From contig JABCSY010000055.1 of the NCBI GenBank assembly GCA_018238625.1, positions 1 through 26,173 on the forward strand: 26,173 nt of DNA, written 5' to 3'. Positions 1 to 6,825 of the stretch are shown in pieces. The position numbers and the translations under genes were made by a program. Numbering within the stretch: the first letter of the stretch is position 1; the number at the start of each line of letters is the position of its first letter. Under the pieces are notes generated by a model. That model was not told the DNA's origin and made no database searches. It worked only from the letters and a program-made list of their open reading frames with translations. Source of the stretch: Promethearchaeota archaeon (GTDB lineage: Archaea > Asgardarchaeota > Lokiarchaeia > Sigyniarchaeales > SOKP01).

Positions 1-2
1 AT

Positions 3-371
3 GTTTATTATATCTATGGCACTTATTTCTGCCTTAACGTTCTCACTGAACCAGAGGGGTTTCCGTGTTCTATATTCATAAGAAATTTGTATCCAATTGA
101 TGGGATTGAATTAATGAAAGATAATCGGAATGTTAAAGTTGGCAAGAATTATAAAAATTTAATGGATGGTCCAAGCAAGCTTTGTATGGCTATGAAAATA
201 ACTAAGGAGAAGTTTAATGGCAAAGATTCTTGCGCTGAAAATTCAGCACTCTTTTTTACCGAAGGAGAGAAAGTCGATGATAACCAAATCTTATTAGGAA
301 AAAGAATCGGAATTGATTATGCTGAAGAAGATAAAGATAGACTTTTGCGTTTTATTTTGAAAGAGGATTAA
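3..371 (+). CDS. mpg: DNA-3-methyladenine glycosylase (MPG/AAG family), 5'-truncated by the window edge
   Basis: The frame is open from base 3 (VYYIYGTYFCLNVLTEPEGFPCSIFIRNLYPIDG...), upstream of the TTG at 87 used by the ORF track. It has the MPG motifs Y-x-IYG..YCLNV-x-TE-x-EG, GP-x-KLC-x-A and RIGI-x-YA. Confidence 0.9.
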   Translation, partial: VYYIYGTYFCLNVLTEPEGFPCSIFIRNLYPIDGIELMKDNRNVKVGKNYKNLMDGPSKLCMAMKITKEKFNGKDSCAENSALFFTEGEKVDDNQILLGKRIGIDYAEEDKDRLLRFILKED

Positions 372-485
372 TACTTACAAACATGCTTAAATTTATATAC
401 AATTTATTTGACATTTAATTTAGTTAAGGATTGTTTGACCACAACTTTAGAAATAAATTAGAAAAAGTCAATTAGGTTGATTTAA

Positions 486-923
486 ATGGTAAAAGATGCT
501 TTAAAATTTTTTCACGCATATGTAAACGAGATGATTGAAGTTGGCGGAGAAAACCTCCCACGGGCCGTTAGCACAAAATTGGGGGCAAAATTAGCTACTT
601 TATATAAAGAAAAAGGTATTACCGATTTAACAACTGCTTTAGAAACTGCTTATAAAGCGTTAGGTGCCTCAACTTCAATTAAAAAAATAGATGAGAACAC
701 ATATCTTATTAAATTAAAACATTCTAAGAAATTTTGTCCAATTGGCGGAAAAAGTAACCCAAAAAACGCCAAAACTATTCAAGATAGCATATGTTTTCCT
801 TATACTAGGAGTTTTCTGACGGGTTTATTTCCTGAGTTTCAATTTGAGACTGAAATTAGGGAGTGTATTGTTGACAATAGTAATTCTCACTGTAAATATT
901 TGCTTAAAGTAAAGAAGAAATAA
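486..923 (+). CDS. Stand-alone V4R/MetOD1-like small-ligand- or Zn-binding domain protein
   Basis: 145 aa with a helical N-half followed by CPIGG...IC...ECI.....HC, the four-Cys spacing typical of V4R-fold proteins. SD-like AGGTTGA lies just upstream. Confidence 0.65.
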   Translation: MVKDALKFFHAYVNEMIEVGGENLPRAVSTKLGAKLATLYKEKGITDLTTALETAYKALGASTSIKKIDENTYLIKLKHSKKFCPIGGKSNPKNAKTIQDSICFPYTRSFLTGLFPEFQFETEIRECIVDNSNSHCKYLLKVKKK

Positions 924-965
924 TACTAATCTTCGATAATTGTTTTTAGGAACGAACAGAATAAA

Positions 966-1270
966 AGACCTGAACCTCGATTCCAATCCTACTACTATGA
1001 CCGGATAATATGCTCCTCCACGACCTTACCATTAAGCGTGAATTCCTAAACTTACGATTGCTCCATCCCTGGCCTGATCGGGTTTGTTATTACGAGCTCG
1101 AGCCTTTCCTACAAAAGACACTACTCTGGTATCCACCTCAAGGGGAATCGCTTCGCCGGGACATAAAATTGGATAATAATTCTCATGAAACCTGAATCCA
1201 GGCAATTTTCCGCTAATGAGGATTTTGCGGTCCGTCCAGCAAAGGGACTTCAGACCACCCCAAACGGTCC
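966..1270 (-). ncRNA. ffs: Archaeal signal recognition particle (7S/SRP) RNA
   Basis: On the minus strand: helix 8 CGAU-CAGG-CCA-GGGA-UGG-AGCA-AUCG (1080-1055; SRP54-binding CAGG/AGCA loop, GNRA tetraloop) and helix 6 GUCUUUU-GUAG-GAAAGGC (GNAR loop at 1112-1109). The 5' GGACC pairs with the 3' GGUCU, and the Alu-like loops GGUCUG/CGGACC are complementary. About 305 nt, GC-richer than its flanks, ending in a U run. Confidence 0.93.
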
Positions 1271-1290
1271 ATAAAAGTATAATGAATGGA

Positions 1291-1307
1291 AAAATAAAAA
1301 TTTATTG
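1291..1307 (-). promoter_or_regulatory. Putative BRE/TATA promoter of the SRP RNA
   Basis: Minus strand CAATAAA-TTTTTATTTT; the TATA-like part is centred about 26 nt upstream of the predicted RNA 5' end at 1270. Confidence 0.5.
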
Positions 1308-1314
1308 AAGTTAT

Positions 1315-1325
1315 AAAAAAAAAAA
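1315..1325 (-). terminator. Oligo-T (T11) archaeal terminator
   Basis: An A11 run on + (T11 on -) 15 nt downstream of the stop of 1341..2036. Confidence 0.6.
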
Positions 1326-1340
1326 TAGATAAATAATTAT

Positions 1341-2036
1341 TTACTGAGATTTTGTGTTTTTTGTTGTGTTTTTTTCCTTTTTAATCTTTGGTGCTTTTTC
1401 TTTTTTAATTTTTGGAACTTTTTCTTTTTTAACCTTAGGAGGGCGTTCCTTCATTTTTCTTACAAAAATACTAAGGAAAAACGATAAAATTATAGTAACC
1501 AATAAAGTAAAGCTCATAACGATGTACGAAGTAATTTGATATTTGAACCAAATAAAAAAGAACTTAAAAACAATGAAAATTAAACCAAAAATGCCTCCCA
1601 ATATTAGTGTGGCTAATAAAAATTGAGGATACTTCTCCTTATCAGTAGTGGTTGTAAAATCGACATCCTCTACTGTAAGAAATTTCCATTTTTGCTTTAA
1701 GAATATCCAAACACACATAAAAACAATAAACATTGCTATAGCAAGCCCCAAATCAAACCAGATAATTTGATATTGTGGCAACCCTATATTAATGGAACCT
1801 AAAGTGAAGACAATAGCGACCATTAGGGGAAATACTACCGCATTTATAAATATCACGTCATCAATTCCAGTATCTTTCTTGACTCTCAAAGTCATATATA
1901 AAGCTCCTAAAAACGCAAAACCTCCTAAAACAACGCCGATTAATATATACAATAAATTTCCTGTAATATTACCCATTAAAGTAAATATAACAGCAGCCAT
2001 CACTAGAATCGATTCCAAAACACTGTAAAGACTCAT
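1341..2036 (-). CDS. Hypothetical polytopic membrane protein (~6 TM) with Lys-rich repetitive C-terminal tail
   Basis: 231 aa with about six hydrophobic segments; the C-terminus contains PKVKKEKV-PKIKKEKA-PKIKKEKN. Confidence 0.8.
   Translation of the reverse strand: MSLYSVLESILVMAAVIFTLMGNITGNLLYILIGVVLGGFAFLGALYMTLRVKKDTGIDDVIFINAVVFPLMVAIVFTLGSINIGLPQYQIIWFDLGLAIAMFIVFMCVWIFLKQKWKFLTVEDVDFTTTTDKEKYPQFLLATLILGGIFGLIFIVFKFFFIWFKYQITSYIVMSFTLLVTIILSFFLSIFVRKMKERPPKVKKEKVPKIKKEKAPKIKKEKNTTKNTKSQ
1368..1439 (-). repeat. 3 x 24-bp imperfect in-frame tandem repeat
   Basis: Minus strand cctaaggttaaaaaagaaaaagtt / ccaaaaattaaaaaagaaaaagca / ccaaagattaaaaaggaaaaaaac, encoding PK[VI]KKEKx three times. 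Confidence 0.85.
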
Positions 2037-2054
2037 TTTAGATCATCCAAATTG

Positions 2055-2074
2055 TAATTTTAAATTTAAAATTA
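2055..2074. promoter_or_regulatory. Perfect 20-bp palindrome over a putative TATA box
   Basis: TAATTTTAAATTTAAAATTA is its own reverse complement and lies 19-38 bp upstream of the ATG at 2036. Confidence 0.4.
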
Positions 2075-2167
2075 TGTAGTTAAACAAATTAATTGATTAT
2101 TTCAATCCTTTATAACTTATTTGTTAAAAAAATAATAATCGATTGATGGATTTATCTTTCAGATTAA

Positions 2168-2311
2168 CTATCTATTTAACTTTCTCCTTAATATCGATAA
2201 AAATTCGCTCGTGTCAGGAAAGACATAAGTTATGTTGTTGCCATCGTCGTCAACAGTTACTTCTTTGAAAAATTTACCTTCTACTTTAACTTTCATGTCA
2301 TTCAATATCAT
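2168..2311 (-). CDS. Small hypothetical protein (47 aa, or 42 aa from the ATG at 2296), absent from the ORF track
   Basis: MILNDMKVKVEGKFFKEVTVDDDGNNITYVFPDTSEFLSILRRKLNR-stop(TAG). It has protein-like beta-hairpin/helix patterning in an otherwise very AT-rich spacer. Confidence 0.55.
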   Translation of the reverse strand: MILNDMKVKVEGKFFKEVTVDDDGNNITYVFPDTSEFLSILRRKLNR

Positions 2312-2446
2312 AGGTAAAATAAATTGAAAAATGGTTCAAAAAATCACATAACATGGAAATAATATTTTATCAAACTTTTTGAAAAATCGAAAATAAGATA
2401 GCTTAGATTTAGTTAAATAAGTGTTAATAAAAGTTTTTAAAAATAA

Positions 2447-3277
2447 TTGATGATTAATATGTCTGGAAACATATTTATAGCTATATTCATAGTTTGTGTC
2501 GCCATATTTGGCATTGCTATGATAGTGGTTTATATAACTAAGTACAGAAGACTTCCCATCAATGATTGGAAACCAAGTGCAGCTTGGACTCGAGCATTAA
2601 TCTATTTTTCTTTTTGTAATATTGTTACAGCTCTTTCTGGCACGCTTGAACAGATACTCAACCAGCCCATATTCACTATGGCGCAAATTTCAAATCCCTT
2701 TTGGATAACCTACTTCTCTTTCTGTGTTATCTATGTTTTCATTGCATATTGGGTTCTATGGTCTCGTATGACGCTCACTTTCAACCGTAAATACAATCTC
2801 GGTTCTGAGATCGTGTTTGGTATTATATGGGGGGTTAGTACTGGAGGTCTTATTCTTTCGTTTTATCACCTTTGGAGCCTAGCCGGCTTACCTAGTTGGG
2901 CTAATTACTTACTTGCCTTCGCCTCCATGGGTTTATGGCAATATCTTATTCAAAATTACTTCTGGGACATTTATGTTAGCCCAGAACACGACACTCCAAG
3001 GTCGATAATCGTCAAAACTGCCGTTTGTCACATACCCAATGTGGCTATTTGTTTGGGTTTTCTCACTATTTGGAACAACTATGCCATCTTCATCGCGATT
3101 CAAATGTTTGCTTTACTTGCATCGACTATTTTTCAAAAGTTCCCCGCTCCTTGGGCTAAAGGTCACTTCCACGCTCCTATGGTCAAACCTGGAATTGGTG
3201 GTTATCCACGCGGTACAGGATATATAGGCGAAATCGACAAAACCAAAAGTAAACTGGTTGAATCCAATCCCACTTAG
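2447..3277 (+). CDS. Hypothetical polytopic membrane protein (~7-8 TM)
   Basis: 276-aa ORF (true start probably ATG 2450 or 2459) with many Trp/Phe-rich TM segments and polar motifs SPEHD and CHIPN. Confidence 0.8.
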   Translation: MMINMSGNIFIAIFIVCVAIFGIAMIVVYITKYRRLPINDWKPSAAWTRALIYFSFCNIVTALSGTLEQILNQPIFTMAQISNPFWITYFSFCVIYVFIAYWVLWSRMTLTFNRKYNLGSEIVFGIIWGVSTGGLILSFYHLWSLAGLPSWANYLLAFASMGLWQYLIQNYFWDIYVSPEHDTPRSIIVKTAVCHIPNVAICLGFLTIWNNYAIFIAIQMFALLASTIFQKFPAPWAKGHFHAPMVKPGIGGYPRGTGYIGEIDKTKSKLVESNPT

Positions 3278-3374
3278 GTTTTTACTTCTCACATCATGAT
3301 GTTCAGAGATTGAAAATGTATTCCAAAGATTGTTTTTGAACTTGACCAGCTCTGTTGCTTTCCTTCGTTACTTT

Positions 3375-4268
3375 CTAATTGATATTCTTGTTGCTATTCG
3401 CAACTAATGCGTTTACAATATTTGGTATGACTTCACGAGGAAAACTATGCCCCATTCCATCCAAAATCAATAATTCTGCGCCATGTATTGCTGTTGCGAT
3501 GTCTTTACCTGCTTCAATATGGTTAAGTGGATCTTCTCTCCCATGAATAACAAGCGTAGGTGCTCGTATTTCAGCAAGTTTGAGTTTTAGATTACCAGGA
3601 ACAGCCATTGCTGCTAATTGGCGCGCTATCCCTTCGGGATAATAATTGCGATCGTACTCTTTTGCCCTATACTCTCTTGATTGATTCTCGTCATAGGTAA
3701 AAGTGCCGTGAATGAGGCGACCGCGCTTGACCATTTCTTCAATAAATCCCTCGCGTTCGGAAGGAACAGGTGCAAAGAATTGCGCCAAGATTTCTGGCTT
3801 CGGTTGTGGTAGATCGGGGTTTCCAGTCGTGCTCATGATTACCGTGAGAGATAGCACCCGAGATGGATGTTCATATGCTAGAACCTGTGCGATCATTCCG
3901 CCCATGGAAGCGCCGCAGATATGTGCCTTATCTATATTCAGAGCATCCAAGACACCAACAGCATCACTAGCCATGTCCTCTAAAGTGTACGGTACTTTGG
4001 GTGTTTCTCCACGAGAATAGGCCGCATTAATCTCCAAAAAGTCCGGCAAACCGGCATCTTCAAATTTTGTTGACAAACCTATATCTCGGTTATCGAATCT
4101 GATGACAAAAAAACCATGATTTGTAAAAATTTCGCACATCTCATCCGACCAAGCATGCATCTGGCTTCCTAGTCCCGCTATCAATAACAACGGTTTTGAA
4201 ATCGGGTCCCCGATCGTCTCATATTCAATCTCTATATTATTTACATTCGCTTTAGGCATTGTAGACAT
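3375..4268 (-). CDS. Alpha/beta hydrolase (Abhydrolase_1; esterase-like)
   Basis: LLLIAGLG oxyanion region, RFDNRDIGLS, nucleophile elbow GASMGG, HGREDPL (Asp) and GMGH (His). Confidence 0.92.
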   Translation of the reverse strand: MSTMPKANVNNIEIEYETIGDPISKPLLLIAGLGSQMHAWSDEMCEIFTNHGFFVIRFDNRDIGLSTKFEDAGLPDFLEINAAYSRGETPKVPYTLEDMASDAVGVLDALNIDKAHICGASMGGMIAQVLAYEHPSRVLSLTVIMSTTGNPDLPQPKPEILAQFFAPVPSEREGFIEEMVKRGRLIHGTFTYDENQSREYRAKEYDRNYYPEGIARQLAAMAVPGNLKLKLAEIRAPTLVIHGREDPLNHIEAGKDIATAIHGAELLILDGMGHSFPREVIPNIVNALVANSNKNIN

Positions 4269-4280
4269 TCCTTAGTTTTA

Positions 4281-4309
4281 TCACTAATCATATTTAATAT
4301 GAAATGTGA
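4281..4309. promoter_or_regulatory. Interrupted palindrome, candidate operator
   Basis: TCAC-taa-TCATATT-t-AATATGA-aat-GTGA, with 11 of 14 positions paired, in the divergent hydrolase/Ldh_2 spacer. Confidence 0.45.
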
Positions 4310-4412
4310 CTAATAATTAAAAAATATAAACTTTATGTAAAACCAAAAATAAGCTAGACTATAGTTCAATTATCGTAAAATAATGAAATATATTAAATTT
4401 TAAGGGATTACT

Positions 4413-5516
4413 ATGTCTGAAAATATTATTTATCTCGACGCAAAAACACTTGAAAGTTTCATGAGAGATGTTTTTATTGGGCTTGGTGTACCTAAAGACG
4501 ATGCCCACATTATCGCTGAAGTATTAATTGCTTCTGATATTAGAGGAATTGATACCCATGGAATACAACGCTGTAAAATGTATTTCGATCGTATCAAAGC
4601 TGGAATGTACGAAGTAATTACAAAGATTGACATCGTTAAGGACGGTCCAACTACGGCTCTTTGGGACGGAAATTGTGGAATGGGTCACGTTATTGCTTAT
4701 AAGGCTATGAAAACTGCGATTGAAAAAGCGAAAAAGTATGGGCTTGGTTCTGTTGCTGTTCGAAATTCGACCCACTTTGGAATTGCTGGTTATTATTCTC
4801 TCATGGCTACAAAAGAAGGAATGATTGGTTTCGCAGTCACTAACGCTCGACCCTCTATGCCACCTACTTTTGGAGTTGAGCCAATGTTAGGAACCAATCC
4901 GCTAACAGTAGGTGCTCCAACAGACGAAGAATTCCCATTCCTAATTGACTGTGCCACTACAATCGTTCAAAGGGGTAAAGTAGAATTATACAATAGAATA
5001 AATAAACCTTTACCGGATGGGGTGGTAATAACAGATGATGGAAAAACAGAAACTGATCCTGCCAAAATATTAGAGGGGATGGCTAAAGGGAAAGCCGCGT
5101 TATTACCTTTAGGCGGTAAAGGAGAAGGGACTTCAGGTTATAAAGGCTATGGTTACGCAACATTAGTTGAAATTTTATCTGCGGCTTTACAAGATGGAAT
5201 ATATCTTAAAGATACAATAGGTATCGTTGAAAACGGCCAAAAACGGTTAAAAGTAGGACATTTCTTTCTAGCAATTAATGTTGAAAGCTTCCTACCAATT
5301 GGTTCTTTTAATAAAACAGCAGGGAATATCATGAGGGGTTTGAGAGATTCAAAAAAGGCTCCAGGCGAGGAAAAGATTTTCACGGCGGGAGAGAAGGAAT
5401 TTATTGCCGAACAAGAAAGGTTAAAAACGGGAATTCCGATTAACAAAAGTTTACAGGAAGATATCAAAATTATGCGAAAGGAACTTCATCTGGATAAATA
5501 CGAATTTAATTTTTAA
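4413..5516 (+). CDS. Ldh_2-family (type 2 malate/L-lactate dehydrogenase-like) oxidoreductase, copy 1
   Basis: Motifs RGIDTHG, NSTHFGIAGYY, GTNP, DCAT, LLPLGG...GYKGYG, GHFFLAI, TAGEKE. Confidence 0.92.
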   Translation: MSENIIYLDAKTLESFMRDVFIGLGVPKDDAHIIAEVLIASDIRGIDTHGIQRCKMYFDRIKAGMYEVITKIDIVKDGPTTALWDGNCGMGHVIAYKAMKTAIEKAKKYGLGSVAVRNSTHFGIAGYYSLMATKEGMIGFAVTNARPSMPPTFGVEPMLGTNPLTVGAPTDEEFPFLIDCATTIVQRGKVELYNRINKPLPDGVVITDDGKTETDPAKILEGMAKGKAALLPLGGKGEGTSGYKGYGYATLVEILSAALQDGIYLKDTIGIVENGQKRLKVGHFFLAINVESFLPIGSFNKTAGNIMRGLRDSKKAPGEEKIFTAGEKEFIAEQERLKTGIPINKSLQEDIKIMRKELHLDKYEFNF

Positions 5517-5690
5517 AAAATTTTCTTTTATTTTTCCATAAATATCTAACACTTTTTCTATAAAATTATCAAAAAAAACGCTAAAAATTATTAAAATTAG
5601 AGTTACACGAACTTTCAACTTATATTCAATATGATTTTGATTAAATAGAAGTAATTCTAGTTAAATTCTATTGCATTCAAGGTAGTCTTT

Positions 5691-6824
5691 ATGACAAGTA
5701 CAAAGAGTGAAGTAGTACCCTTATATAGTGATATTATTTACATAGATTTTAAGACTCTCAAGAATTTTATTAGAGATGTGTTCATTGGTCTTAATGTAAG
5801 TAAAGCGGATTCTGAAATAATTGCAGATGTATTAATTACATCCGATTTAAGAGGAATAGATTCGCACGGTATTCAGAGATGTAAGATGTATTACGATAGG
5901 ATTAAAAAAGGAATTTATAACACAAAAACAAAGATAAAGATCGTTAAAAAAGGTCCTACAACTGCGGTTATTGATGGTGGATGTGGATTAGGGCCAGTTA
6001 TAGGTTATAAAGCTATGAAATTAGCGATTCAAAAAGCCAAAAAGTATGGACTCGGAGCTGTTGCAGTTAGGAATTCTACGCATTTTGGAATTGCGGGATA
6101 TTTCTCTCTCATGGCTACAAAAGAAGGAATGATAGGGATTACAACCACTAACGCTAGACCCGCTGTCCCCCCCACATTTGGTATAGAACCGATGCTAGGT
6201 ACGAATCCATTGACTGCGGGGGCACCAACAGACGAAGAGTTCCCTTTTATGATTGATTGTGCTACCTCAATTATTCAAAGGGGTAAGATAGAAGTTTATA
6301 GTAGAGAACAAAAACAGCTTCCTGAAGGAGTAATCATAACCAAGAATGGAAGAACGCAAAACGATCCTCAAGAAACATTAAAAAATTTAGAAGATAGTAC
6401 TGCAGCTCTTTTACCACTCGGGGGTGAAGGCGAAAATATGTCAGGGTATAAGGGTTTTGGATATGCCACGCTTGTAGAAATTTTATCATCAGCATTACAA
6501 AATGGAGTATTCCTTAAAGATACAGCTGGAGTTATCGAAGAAGACCAAAAACGCTTAAAAGTTGGGCACTTCTTTTTAGCAATAAATGTAAACCACTTTA
6601 CTCCCTTGAAAATGTTTGAACGAACTACTGGGACAATTATGAGAACTCTTAGAAACTCTAAGAAAGCACCTGGTAAAAATCGGATATATACCGCTGGAGA
6701 AAAAGAATATTATTCTGAAAAAGTAAGAAAAAAACAAGGCATTCCAATTAACAAAAGTTTGCAAGAAGATATTAAAACAATGCAAAAAGAACTGGGTTTA
6801 TTTAGCTATAATTTTCCATTTTAA
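5691..6824 (+). CDS. Ldh_2-family oxidoreductase, copy 2 (tandem paralog)
   Basis: Same motifs (RGIDSHG, NSTHFG, GTNP, GYKGFG) and collinear with copy 1 over its full length. Confidence 0.92.
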   Translation: MTSTKSEVVPLYSDIIYIDFKTLKNFIRDVFIGLNVSKADSEIIADVLITSDLRGIDSHGIQRCKMYYDRIKKGIYNTKTKIKIVKKGPTTAVIDGGCGLGPVIGYKAMKLAIQKAKKYGLGAVAVRNSTHFGIAGYFSLMATKEGMIGITTTNARPAVPPTFGIEPMLGTNPLTAGAPTDEEFPFMIDCATSIIQRGKIEVYSREQKQLPEGVIITKNGRTQNDPQETLKNLEDSTAALLPLGGEGENMSGYKGFGYATLVEILSSALQNGVFLKDTAGVIEEDQKRLKVGHFFLAINVNHFTPLKMFERTTGTIMRTLRNSKKAPGKNRIYTAGEKEYYSEKVRKKQGIPINKSLQEDIKTMQKELGLFSYNFPF

Positions 6825-6825
6825 A

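Noticed and set aside
1010-1195. 61-aa ORF on +
   Set aside because: It is antisense to the SRP RNA, has no recognisable protein features and is explained by the RNA's higher GC.
3291-3302. 12-bp palindrome ACATCATGATGT with nearby CTGA/ATGATG, resembling C/D-box or SECIS elements
   Set aside because: Box order and bulge geometry do not fit a K-turn, and no in-frame UGA selenoprotein candidate is adjacent.
3303-3377. Possible readthrough of the hydrolase TAG (23 more open codons)
   Set aside because: The hydrolase fold is already complete, the extension has no features and no pyrrolysine genes are in the window.
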